Below, one piece after another: positions 8,764 to 17,240 of a DNA stretch of 64,000 nt. This DNA is from Vulcanimicrobiota bacterium. GTDB taxonomy: Bacteria > Vulcanimicrobiota > Vulcanimicrobiia > Vulcanimicrobiales > Vulcanimicrobiaceae. Below the pieces are notes generated by a model. The model was not told the origin of the DNA. It searched no databases and saw nothing but the letters and a program-made list of their open reading frames with translations. Every line of letters begins with the position of its first letter. The first letter of the stretch is position 1. Where the stretch lies: the NCBI GenBank assembly GCA_963720185.1, contig OY970388.1, positions 1,340,077-1,404,076 on the forward strand. The letters are read 5' to 3'. The translations under genes were made by a program, and so were the position numbers.

Positions 8764-9626
8764 GCGAACGCCTTTTCCGCGTGGTACGAGCTGCGGGAAA
8801 GCGGGCTCGACACGACCTGATGGAAGCCCTTTGCGCGCGCGCGAGCGCCGAGTTCGTCGAACCGCGCAGGCGAAAGGTACTGGTGCACGGGAAGGTGCCG
8901 CTTCGCCGGCTGCAGGTATTGTCCCATGGTGAAAATATCTACGCCGGCGTTGCGCGCGTCGTCAAACGTCTGCTCGATCTCTTCGTCCGACTCGCCCAAT
9001 CCCAGCATGATCGAGGTCTTGGTGAAATTGCGCGGCCGGCGTCGTTTGGCATGCTCTAAAACACGAAGGGACTGATCGTAGGTCGCGCGCTTGTCGCGAA
9101 CGAGCGGCGTAAGCCGGCGAACCGTCTCCAGATTGTGCGCGAAGACATCTGGTTTTGCGTCCAGCACGATATCCAGCGCCATCAGGTCGCCACGGTAGTC
9201 TCCACTGAGGATTTCCACTCGGGCGTCCGGTACTCGCTCGTGAATGGCGCGAACCGTATTGGCGAAGATCAGTGCGCCGCCGTCCGCGAGATCGTCGCGA
9301 TCTACGGCCGTGATCACGAGATACTGCCATCCGAGTTCGCGCACCGCCTCAGCGACGCGCACAGGTTCCATCCAATCGATCTCACCTTTCGGATTGCCTG
9401 TCTTGACGTTGCAAAAGCGGCATCCTCGCGTGCAGACTTCGCCTAAAATCATGATCGTCGCGGTGCCGACTCCCCAGCACTCCGCGATGTTTGGGCACAT
9501 GGCCTCTTTGCAGACCGTGTTGAGTTTCAGCGCGTCGACGGCCGCCTTCACGTGTTCGTACGATTCGCCCGCGGGCAGGCGCACCTTCAGCCATTCCGGC
9601 TTTGCTTGTCGCGCGATCGAAATCAT
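8760..9626 (-). CDS. lipA: lipoyl synthase
   Basis: 288 aa. It has both cluster motifs, CKEAMCPNIAECWG and CTRGCRFCNV. The start overlaps the lipB stop (ATGA). Confidence 0.95.
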   Translation of the reverse strand: MISIARQAKPEWLKVRLPAGESYEHVKAAVDALKLNTVCKEAMCPNIAECWGVGTATIMILGEVCTRGCRFCNVKTGNPKGEIDWMEPVRVAEAVRELGWQYLVITAVDRDDLADGGALIFANTVRAIHERVPDARVEILSGDYRGDLMALDIVLDAKPDVFAHNLETVRRLTPLVRDKRATYDQSLRVLEHAKRRRPRNFTKTSIMLGLGESDEEIEQTFDDARNAGVDIFTMGQYLQPAKRHLPVHQYLSPARFDELGARARAKGFHQVVSSPLSRSSYHAEKAFA

Positions 9627-10285
9627 GAGGCGAGCGCCGGCTCTTTGAATCGAACGTCGAACTGCGCTTCCAATTGCGGAATCAACGCGGCTTTAGCGTC
9701 GGCAATCGTCACCGTGCGGCCGCCTTCACGGATGAGGCTCGTCACGCCTCGATCCTGCAAGCCGCACGGATGGATCAGCTGCGCGTAAGAGAGTTCTCCG
9801 CAAACATTCAGCGCGATGCCGTGCAACGTCGTCATTTTTTGCACCGCCAGCCCGACAGCGCAGATCTGATTGTTGCCCACCCAGACGCCGGCGTGCTCGC
9901 TCCAGCGCTCCCCCGTCACGCCGAACGACGCACAGGCGTCGATCACCGCGCCTTCCAGCGAGCGAACCAGCGGCGCGATCTCACGGAAACGTTCGAGCCT
10001 CCGAATGGGATACACCACGAGTTGGCCGGGACCGTGGTACGTGACGTCGCCGCCCCGCTCGATCTGCACGACGTCGATGCCGCGCGCGGCAAATGCGTCC
10101 GCATCGAGCAGCAGGTTTGCGGGATTCGATTTCCGGCCGAGGGTGACGACGGGCGGATGCTCGACGACGATCCACGTTTCCGGTTGCGCGCCGGAGCTGA
10201 CGGCAGCATGCAGTTGCCGCTGCAAATTCCAGACGTCCCGGTACGGCATGAAACCAAGATCCATTAGGCGCGCGGCGCGCATCAT
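9623..10285 (-). CDS. lipB: lipoyl(octanoyl) transferase
   Basis: 220 aa. Motifs HPPVVTLGR, RGGDVTYHGPGQLVVYP and ICAVGLAV...HG are typical of LipB. Confidence 0.9.
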   Translation of the reverse strand: MMRAARLMDLGFMPYRDVWNLQRQLHAAVSSGAQPETWIVVEHPPVVTLGRKSNPANLLLDADAFAARGIDVVQIERGGDVTYHGPGQLVVYPIRRLERFREIAPLVRSLEGAVIDACASFGVTGERWSEHAGVWVGNNQICAVGLAVQKMTTLHGIALNVCGELSYAQLIHPCGLQDRGVTSLIREGGRTVTIADAKAALIPQLEAQFDVRFKEPALAS

Positions 10286-10291
10286 AGCCCC

Positions 10292-11740
10292 TTAGCGTGC
10301 ACCCACCGGTTGCGGTGACCGCGGCTTCGGATTGACGATGTGGATCGCCTTGCCGTGCGCCGCTTCTGCGGCGTCCATGATGCCTTCGGTCAACGTCGGA
10401 TGCGGGTGGATCGAGAGTCCGACGTCTTCAAGCGTGGCGCCCATCTCCAGCGCAATGACGCCTTCGCCGATCAGTGATTCCGCTTGCGGCGCGACGATGT
10501 GCATCCCGAGCAGCATATCGGTCTTCGCGTCGCCGATGAGCTTGATCAAGCCGTCGGTCTCGTTCATCGTTCTCGCGCGGCCGCTGGCGGCCAGCGGGAA
10601 CTTGCCGATGCGCAGCTCATACCCGCGTTCCTTCGCTTCTTCCTCAGAAAGCCCGACGGTGGCCACTTCCGGATCCGTATAGATACAGTTGGGAATGGCG
10701 ACCGGATCGAAAGCGGCAGATCGGTTGCCGGCGATGACTTCGGCCGCGACGACGCCTTCCTTCATGCCTTTATGCGCCAACATCGGAGCTCCGCTCACGT
10801 CGCCGATCGCGAAGATGTTTCGTACGTTCGTGCGCCGCTGCGGGTCGACGTCAATGAAGCCACGGTTTGTTTGGACTCCGGCTGCCTCGAGGTTTAGCCC
10901 ATCCGTAACGGGCCGCCGTCCAACCGCGACCAAAACGCAATCAAAATCGCGCGACTCCTCTTTTGCGTCTGTGCCCTCGCCGGTGAACGATGCGCGAACG
11001 GTCTTGCCGTCGCGCTTGACCCAAGAAACCTTCGTGTTGAGCATGATCTCGACGCCCTGCTTCTTGAGCACGCGCCCCAACGTTTTGCCGATCTCGAGAT
11101 CGGTCCCCGTCAAGATCTGCGGCATCGCTTCGATCACCAGCACGCTGCAGCCCATGCGCGCATAGACGGTCGCGAACTCGAGACCGATGACCCCACCGCC
11201 GATCACCAGCAAGGTCTTGGGAATCCGCTTCAGTTTCACCGCATCGTCCGAATTGATGATGTATTCGCCGTCGTGCGGCCAAGCTTGCACGTCGATTGGT
11301 GCCGAGCCGGTCGCGATAACGGCGTACTCGGCTGCGATCGTGTCCTCGCCGCCCTCTTTCTTCTTTACCGCGATCTGCGTCGCGCTCCTAAAGGACGCTT
11401 CGCCGTAGATGAACTGCACGCCGTTTGCCTTGAACAGCGTTTTGACTCCTCCGACGTTCGCATTGACGACCTCGGAAGAAAATTTTGCTACCCCTTCGCG
11501 ATTGACGTCGGCTTTGGACGTGCGAAGCCCGATAGCGCCCGCGTGATCGATCTGGCGGATCACTTCACCCACGTGCAGCAACGCTTTCGTCGGAATGCAT
11601 CCCCAGTTGAGGCAGACGCCTCCCACTTCGTCGCGATCGACGCAGATAACGCTCTTTCCGAGCTGCCCGAGCCGAATTGCGGCATGATAACCGCCCGGAC
11701 CGGCGCCGACGACGACGGCGTCAACCTGATGTTCAGCCAA
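10292..11740 (-). CDS. lpdA: dihydrolipoyl dehydrogenase (E3)
   Basis: 482 aa. FAD motif VVGAGPGGY, redox-active disulfide [10 protein letters not shown], and the C-terminal interface motif HPHPTLTE. Confidence 0.93.
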   Translation of the reverse strand: MAEHQVDAVVVGAGPGGYHAAIRLGQLGKSVICVDRDEVGGVCLNWGCIPTKALLHVGEVIRQIDHAGAIGLRTSKADVNREGVAKFSSEVVNANVGGVKTLFKANGVQFIYGEASFRSATQIAVKKKEGGEDTIAAEYAVIATGSAPIDVQAWPHDGEYIINSDDAVKLKRIPKTLLVIGGGVIGLEFATVYARMGCSVLVIEAMPQILTGTDLEIGKTLGRVLKKQGVEIMLNTKVSWVKRDGKTVRASFTGEGTDAKEESRDFDCVLVAVGRRPVTDGLNLEAAGVQTNRGFIDVDPQRRTNVRNIFAIGDVSGAPMLAHKGMKEGVVAAEVIAGNRSAAFDPVAIPNCIYTDPEVATVGLSEEEAKERGYELRIGKFPLAASGRARTMNETDGLIKLIGDAKTDMLLGMHIVAPQAESLIGEGVIALEMGATLEDVGLSIHPHPTLTEGIMDAAEAAHGKAIHIVNPKPRSPQPVGAR

Positions 11741-11802
11741 TCCTAACTCCTTGCTGGTGCTGCAGTGGAAAGTTCGCAGGCCGGTGCGAAAATCCGTGCC
11801 GC

Positions 11803-12645
11803 ATGCCTACCGGAGGCGCCGCTCCTCGGCCGCAGCGCGTTGCCGACGCGGACCGTGACATCCTCGTCTATCTCATACGAATCGCCGGAACGCTCGGAGA
11901 GTTGCTAGGGGATGCGCTCGCCGGCCTCTACATTCATGGCTCCTTGGCGAGCGGAACCTTCCGCCGCAGCCGCAGCGACCTCAACGTGATCGGCGTCGTC
12001 GACCAGCCGCTCGAAGCGGAAGAGCGAGAGATGGCGACACGAACGCTGTTGCGCCTCTCGGACGCCCGGCCCGTGTGGGGCGACCTCGACGTCTCCATCG
12101 TCCAGGCAAAATATGCGCGCCGCTACGAAGCACCGATGCCGCTTGAGGTGTGCTACGCGCGCGAGCGCCATGAAGCGATTCGCATGCGGCGTATCGATTT
12201 TAGCGTTCCGCAAACATCGCACGTCTTGGCATCATCCATCATCGATCTCCGCAACGGCGGCGTTACGCTCGTTGGTCCTCCTCCACAAAATGTCTTCGGG
12301 CCGGTGCCTTGGCATGCGTTTATGGCGTCGCTTGCTATCTATTTGCAGCGCGCCGAACGCATTGCGGAGCAGGACCCCGCGACGGCCGTTTTAGCGGCCT
12401 GCCGGGTGCTGCACGGCGCGACCGCACGCGGCGTTTCGCTGGCGGACAAAGAATGGGCAGCCAGTTCGGCGCTTGAGGACGCGCCGCCGGAGCATCAAGC
12501 AATCATCATGGACTCTTTGGCGTTGTATCGCGGGGTCAAAGCATCGGACGACGTCGTTTTGGATGCCGGCGCCGTGCGCCGGTTCATCGCGTACGTCAAG
12601 GCTCGAACTTCGGCGGCTTTCGAGCGAGCCAACCAAAGCGAATGA
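11803..12645 (+). CDS. nucleotidyltransferase domain protein with a DUF4111-type C-terminal domain (AadA/ANT(3'')-like architecture)
   Basis: Taken from the internal ATG at 11803 of ORF 11677..12645. The layout matches AadA: [25 protein letters not shown] followed by a helical C-terminal domain. Note that the expected D-x-D reads D-L-N. The stop overlaps the mutY-like start (ATGA). Confidence 0.65.
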   Translation: MPTGGAAPRPQRVADADRDILVYLIRIAGTLGELLGDALAGLYIHGSLASGTFRRSRSDLNVIGVVDQPLEAEEREMATRTLLRLSDARPVWGDLDVSIVQAKYARRYEAPMPLEVCYARERHEAIRMRRIDFSVPQTSHVLASSIIDLRNGGVTLVGPPPQNVFGPVPWHAFMASLAIYLQRAERIAEQDPATAVLAACRVLHGATARGVSLADKEWAASSALEDAPPEHQAIIMDSLALYRGVKASDDVVLDAGAVRRFIAYVKARTSAAFERANQSE

Positions 12646-13544
12646 CTTTGATGCAGCGCAAACTGTTGACGTGGTACGCAGCGCAAGGCCGCGCGTGGCT
12701 TCCATGGCGAGCAAGCCGGCAGCCGTACGAGATTCTGGTGGCGGAGTTCATGCTGCAGCAGACGCAGGCCGAGCGTGTCGTTTCAAAATACCATGCGTTT
12801 CTCGCGCGGTTTCGGGATCCGCCGTCGCTTGCCGAAGCGAGCGTGGCCGACGTGCTGCGCGCTTGGCAGGGCTTGGGCTACAACATGCGAGCATTGCGGC
12901 TGAAACGCATTGCCCGCGCTCTGCTCGAACGGCACGGCGGAACCGTACCGCACGATGAAGCTGCGCTCCGCGCCTTGCCCGGTGTGGGTCCTTATACGGC
13001 CGCTGCGGTGCGCGCCTTTGCTTTCGAATGCGACGATGCAGCCGTCGATACGAACGTTGCCCGAGTGACGCACCGCATCAAGTATGGACTGGAGCATCCG
13101 CCGGTTGCGTCCATCGCGCAACTACGTCGTGACGCGCTCTCCTTTGTGCCCCCGGGGCAAGCGCATCAGTGGAATTCAGCCATGATGGATCTCGGCGCGC
13201 TTATCTGTACCGCGCGAACGCCGCGCTGCGGGATCTGCCCGGCTCGCCGGCACTGTGCGGCCGCACCCATCGACGTGAGCCGCTTAAAAACCCTCAGAAC
13301 TCGTGGCCGAAGCGTAAAACCGGAGCGTTTTGAACGGACCACGCGATATGCACGCGGGCGAATCATCGAGCACTTGCGAAGCTTGCAGCCGCACGAGCGT
13401 ATTTCGTTGTTCGAACTCCACGGCACACTGCAGCCGCACGTTGCAGCTTCGTGTTGTGAACTGCGCTCACTCGTCGATGCGCTCGCCCGGGAGGGGCTCG
13501 TTGAAAGCGTCGAGGGAAAGCTTGCGCTGAGTTCGGAGCGATAG
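12642..13544 (+). CDS. mutY: A/G-specific adenine DNA glycosylase-like protein (HhH-GPD family, MutY-type, short form)
   Basis: 300 aa. Motifs LVAEFMLQQTQ (catalytic Glu), the HhH LPGVGPYTAAAV, VDTNVARV (catalytic Asp), and a 4Fe-4S loop C-x6-C-x2-C-x5-C (CTARTPRCGICPARRHC). Confidence 0.8.
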   Translation: MTLMQRKLLTWYAAQGRAWLPWRASRQPYEILVAEFMLQQTQAERVVSKYHAFLARFRDPPSLAEASVADVLRAWQGLGYNMRALRLKRIARALLERHGGTVPHDEAALRALPGVGPYTAAAVRAFAFECDDAAVDTNVARVTHRIKYGLEHPPVASIAQLRRDALSFVPPGQAHQWNSAMMDLGALICTARTPRCGICPARRHCAAAPIDVSRLKTLRTRGRSVKPERFERTTRYARGRIIEHLRSLQPHERISLFELHGTLQPHVAASCCELRSLVDALAREGLVESVEGKLALSSER

Positions 13545-13590
13545 AACGCCGTGGCCATTCCGTTTCCTCGCAAAAAAGTTCCCAGGGCGG

Positions 13591-14304
13591 TTGCCGTGCG
13601 CGAGCTCAGCGATCCTGGAAGAGCACTATCCGAACGCGGTCACCGCGCTGCAGTATCGTAACGCCTTCGAATTGCTGGTCGCCGTCATTCTATCGGCGCA
13701 ATGTACCGATGCGCGGGTGAACATGACGACGCCCGAGCTCTTTAAGCGCTACCCGGCGCCCGATGAACTGGCCAAGGCAAAGCAAGAGGATGTGGAGCGC
13801 ATCATCAAATCATGCGGCTTTTTCCGGATGAAGAGCAAGAACATCATCGCGGCGTCACAGGGGTTAGTGGAACGGCATAACGGCGTGGTGCCCCGGGAAC
13901 GTGAAGAGCTCGAGGCGCTGCCCGGCGTGGGGCGCAAGACCGCAAGCGTCGTGTTGTCCGTGGCTTTCGAAGGCGCCGCGATCGCCGTGGATACCCACGT
14001 TTTTCGCGTTGCTCATCGCCTAGGACTCACGCTCGGAAAGACGCCGCGCGACGTAGAACGCGACTTGCAAGCGCTCGTGCCGCAAGAGAAATGGCGGCAC
14101 GCGCATCACTGGCTGATCCTTCATGGGCGGGCGATTTGCAAGGCGCCGGTACCGCTTTGCGGGCAGTGTCCCGAACGGGAACTCTGTCCGACGCCTACAT
14201 TGATGGCGGCGGCAGCTCGGCGTCCTTCGCGATCGCGCGCAGCAGCGAAGACGGCGTCAAAGCGTCGCCGTAGCCCGCCTCCGTCGAAATCTTCGAAAGG
14301 TTGA
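13591..14304 (+). CDS. nth: endonuclease III
   Basis: TTG start. Motifs FELLVAVILSAQCTDARVN, the HhH LPGVGRKTASVV, VDTHVFRV, and CKAPVPLCGQCPERELC (4Fe-4S). A basic tail of about 30 aa after the cluster overlaps the convergent gene. Confidence 0.9.
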   Translation: MPCASSAILEEHYPNAVTALQYRNAFELLVAVILSAQCTDARVNMTTPELFKRYPAPDELAKAKQEDVERIIKSCGFFRMKSKNIIAASQGLVERHNGVVPREREELEALPGVGRKTASVVLSVAFEGAAIAVDTHVFRVAHRLGLTLGKTPRDVERDLQALVPQEKWRHAHHWLILHGRAICKAPVPLCGQCPERELCPTPTLMAAAARRPSRSRAAAKTASKRRRSPPPSKSSKG

Positions 14305-14683
14305 TTAACGACGGCACCGCCGCATCGGGATTGAACTGCCATTCGCCCTCGAGCCCTAATCCTGCGATGCGTACCAGCTGGTGAACCTCGTCCAAGTCCA
14401 AACTGACGCGCTTCTCGCCGAAGCGCAACCGCAGCCGCGCCGGTCGATCGATCCGAATAAACTTGACCCCCGCCCGGTCGCCGAAGATCGCATTGAGCCG
14501 CTTCGCGCCGGCGGCCAATTGCGCGCCGAACTCTGCAAACGCGCTCTCGGCGTCTTCAAACGGCACGGGCCGGTCGCCCGCGTTCCCGAGCGCACGATCG
14601 ATCTCGCGTTTAGCGCGGATACGGGTTGCAGCGGCGACGATTGGGTTTTGCCCGGTGAACGACTCGTCGAAAGGATCCGGCAT
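14195..14683 (-). CDS. hypothetical protein (162 aa, no recognised domain)
   Basis: The C-terminal part of ORF 14195..15157, from the internal ATG at 14683 (MPDPFDESFTGQNP...). The upstream part of that ORF is antisense to the VIT1 gene. By hand count, about 29 of 35 codons in its last 110 nt end in G/C, versus about 14 of 27 for the overlapping nth frame. This supports it as the coding frame. Confidence 0.55.
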   Translation of the reverse strand: MPDPFDESFTGQNPIVAAATRIRAKREIDRALGNAGDRPVPFEDAESAFAEFGAQLAAGAKRLNAIFGDRAGVKFIRIDRPARLRLRFGEKRVSLDLDEVHQLVRIAGLGLEGEWQFNPDAAVPSLINLSKISTEAGYGDALTPSSLLRAIAKDAELPPPSM

Positions 14684-14725
14684 CGTGCCAAGTATTCGAG
14701 CGACTCTTCGGTGAACTCCGCCCGC

Positions 14726-15544
14726 ATGTCGTCGCCTCCGGGCAGGCCTTCGGCCAGCGAAATCCCTGGACACCAGGTCGTCGTGGACACGCCTGGATGG
14801 CGCAAAGTCAAACCGCGCATTCCCGACACGCCGCAGCGCCGCCGGCTTGAAAGTCAACGGCGAATTCGCGAAATCGTCTTCGGGGCCCAGGACGGCATTT
14901 TGACGACGCTCGGCATCGTAACCGGCGTGGGCGTCGCTTCCGGACGGCTTACGGTGCTCGTCAGCGGACTGATCGCGCTGATCGCGGGCGCGCTCTCCAT
15001 GGGCGTCGGCGAATATCAAGGCGGCAAGGCCGAACGCGAAGTCGTGCAGGCATCCATCGAGATGGAACGCCGCGAGATGGCGGACAACCCCGCCGACGAG
15101 TTTGCGGAGCAAGTTGCGTACTACAAGCTCAAAGGCTTCAGTGCGGACGAAGCCCACACGATCGTGAACCGGCTGACGAAAAACCCGGAAATCTATTTGT
15201 ACGAAATGATGCGCGACGAATTCGGCATCGACCCAAGGATCGCAGAGTCGTCGAGTGCGATTCCCGCGCTGGCCATGGCGCTTTCCTATGCCGCCGGCTC
15301 GATCGTGCCCATCATTCCGTATCTCTTTGCGGCGCTCGGCCGGCTTGATGCGGTGATCGTCAGCGTCGTGCTCGCGTTGTTTGGATTGTTTGGAATCGGC
15401 TTTTACGCCGGCTCTTTAGGCGAACGCAACAAATGGCTGCGCGGCTTGGAGATCGCGCTTTACGGTTCCGTCGTCTTCGGTCTGTCGTATGTCGCCGGCC
15501 GCTTTATTCCGTCACTCTTTCACGTGGCAGCTTCGGGATTGTAG
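14726..15544 (+). CDS. VIT1/CCC1 family iron/manganese transporter
   Basis: The C-terminal part of ORF 14381..15544. It has REIVFGAQDGILTTLGIVTGV, a cytoplasmic acidic helix region, and C-terminal TM helices. The start (ATG 14726) is uncertain; a downstream GTG is possible. Confidence 0.75.
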   Translation: MSSPPGRPSASEIPGHQVVVDTPGWRKVKPRIPDTPQRRRLESQRRIREIVFGAQDGILTTLGIVTGVGVASGRLTVLVSGLIALIAGALSMGVGEYQGGKAEREVVQASIEMERREMADNPADEFAEQVAYYKLKGFSADEAHTIVNRLTKNPEIYLYEMMRDEFGIDPRIAESSSAIPALAMALSYAAGSIVPIIPYLFAALGRLDAVIVSVVLALFGLFGIGFYAGSLGERNKWLRGLEIALYGSVVFGLSYVAGRFIPSLFHVAASGL

Positions 15545-15599
15545 TTCGGATCTCCAGCGAAACAAAGCAACTCGTGCGGCGGTGTTTAAAGAGCGGCAG

Positions 15600-16181
15600 A
15601 TGTCGCTTGAACTGCTCGATACCGTAGCGGCGGTCGGCACGCTTCTCGTCATCGCGGCTTCCGCAACCGCTGCGCTTGTTCAATTACGGCACATGCGCGG
15701 AAGCAACCAAATCATGGCGCTGACGGAATTTCGCGAAACCATGGAATCTCCGGAGATCGGCGCCGCGCAGCGTTTTATCTCGTACGAGCTGCCGAATCGG
15801 CTGAAAGATCCCGACGAACGGCGCAAGATGACCGTGCTGCCCTTCTCCGGCGACTACGAGAGAATCGGAACGATTGCAAACCTGTTCGAGGGTCTGGGAG
15901 AGTTCGTGCGGCACGGCATCATCGATGCCGCCATCGCGTGCGACATGTGGGGATACGTGGTCCTGCGAAACTGGAATGCGCTCTTGCCGTTGACGACCTA
16001 TATCCGGCACACTATCGGGGCGCCGCAACTATGGGAAAATTTCGAATATCTGGCTTTGATCTCGAAACAGTACCTCGCAGACCATCCAAAAGGTACGTAT
16101 CCGCCGTACTTGCCTCGCATGCCCCAGGACCGGTCGCTGCTCGAGGAGATGGGCGAAGAAGGCAATGCCGCACGCTCGTGA
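15600..16181 (+). CDS. hypothetical membrane-anchored protein (DUF4760-like, by recall)
   Basis: From the internal ATG at 15600: MSLELLDTVAAVGTLLVIAASATAALVQL (one N-terminal TM helix), followed by a soluble helical domain. The family assignment is from memory only. Confidence 0.55.
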   Translation: MSLELLDTVAAVGTLLVIAASATAALVQLRHMRGSNQIMALTEFRETMESPEIGAAQRFISYELPNRLKDPDERRKMTVLPFSGDYERIGTIANLFEGLGEFVRHGIIDAAIACDMWGYVVLRNWNALLPLTTYIRHTIGAPQLWENFEYLALISKQYLADHPKGTYPPYLPRMPQDRSLLEEMGEEGNAARS

Positions 16182-16226
16182 GACGGTAATGCATCCGCTA
16201 GATTCTTCCAGCCGGTTGTAGGAAAC

Positions 16227-16646
16227 ATGAGCGTCAAAGTGTACGGCTGCAACCACATCGCCATTGAGGTCGATGATATCGAGAAGGCGGTGGCGTTTTA
16301 CGAGGACGTCTTCAATCTGGAGCGGCTGAGTGAGGGTGAAGGAGATGCCTTCTTCAAGCTCGGCGAGCATCAGTTCTTAGCGATGTTCGAAGTCGAACGC
16401 GTTCGACACGACGCCATTCGCCATTTTGGCCTAATGGTGCGGGATGAAATAGAACTTGCTGAAGTGCGCGAAAAAGTCACGAAGAAGTATGGGCTAAAAT
16501 TGATTCCGCCGTTCCGCTGCGACTTCGTGGACCCTTTCGGCAATCGGGTTCAGGTGGTGGACCTGCACGACGAATCTCTCGTTTGGCTCTTGCCGTATCA
16601 GGAAGTGCAGGCGGCAGGCGTCACGTTCGGCGAAGCGCAGCTGTAA
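16227..16646 (+). CDS. VOC family protein (glyoxalase/bleomycin resistance/dioxygenase fold)
   Basis: 139 aa. It has the N-terminal beta-alpha-beta-beta-beta module pattern (NHIAIEVDDIEKAVAFYEDVFNLE) and a second half with HFGLMV. Confidence 0.75.
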   Translation: MSVKVYGCNHIAIEVDDIEKAVAFYEDVFNLERLSEGEGDAFFKLGEHQFLAMFEVERVRHDAIRHFGLMVRDEIELAEVREKVTKKYGLKLIPPFRCDFVDPFGNRVQVVDLHDESLVWLLPYQEVQAAGVTFGEAQL

Positions 16647-16658
16647 GGAGAACGCTAA

Positions 16659-17240
16659 ATGAACATGATCCCCGCTTCTGCCGTCGGCGACATCCGCAAA
16701 CACTGGGGTTGGTATCTCACCGCCGGAGTATGCCTGATCGTCTTAGGCATCATTGCGTTGATCTTCGAATTTTCCGCGACCTTAGCCGGCGTCTTCGTGC
16801 TCGGCGTCATCATCGCGGTCGCCGGCGTGGTGCAAATCGTTGCGGCCTTTCGCTCGCATGGCGCGGGCCATGTTTTTCTGCATCTGCTCGTCGGCGTGCT
16901 GGATTTGATCGTCGGCCTCATCCTGCTCACGCATCCGCTCGCGGGCGCACTGATCGTGACGCTGTTCCTCGCCGCGATGCTAATCGTCGGCGGCTTATTC
17001 CGAATCTTCTCTACTTTCGGCGCGCACTATCCGCACGCCGGCTGGGCGATTCTCAGCGGCATCATCGCGTGCATTCTGGGCATCCTGCTCTGGGCGCAGT
17101 GGCCCGTGTCGGCCATTTGGTTCATCGGCTTTTGCGTGGGGATCAATTTCATTTTCTTAGGCATTTCGTGGATCGCGCTGGCAACGCGTTTGCACAGCGG
17201 CGGCAGCGCCGCAACAGTGGCGCCCGCCGGGACGGGTTAA
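16659..17240 (+). CDS. HdeD family (DUF308) membrane protein
   Basis: 193 aa. It has six hydrophobic helices with the repeated DUF308 pattern (GVCLIVLGIIALIF..., GGLFRIFSTF...GILLWAQWP). Confidence 0.75.
   Translation: MNMIPASAVGDIRKHWGWYLTAGVCLIVLGIIALIFEFSATLAGVFVLGVIIAVAGVVQIVAAFRSHGAGHVFLHLLVGVLDLIVGLILLTHPLAGALIVTLFLAAMLIVGGLFRIFSTFGAHYPHAGWAILSGIIACILGILLWAQWPVSAIWFIGFCVGINFIFLGISWIALATRLHSGGSAATVAPAGTG

Noticed and set aside
12642-13544. The MutY-like protein lacks the roughly 125-aa NUDIX-like C-terminal domain and has a wHTH-like tail of about 95 aa instead (RYARGRIIEHLRS...LVDALAREGLVE)
   Set aside because: From memory, roughly 300-aa MutY variants with this kind of tail are common, for example in actinobacteria. 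I do not consider it novel without a search.
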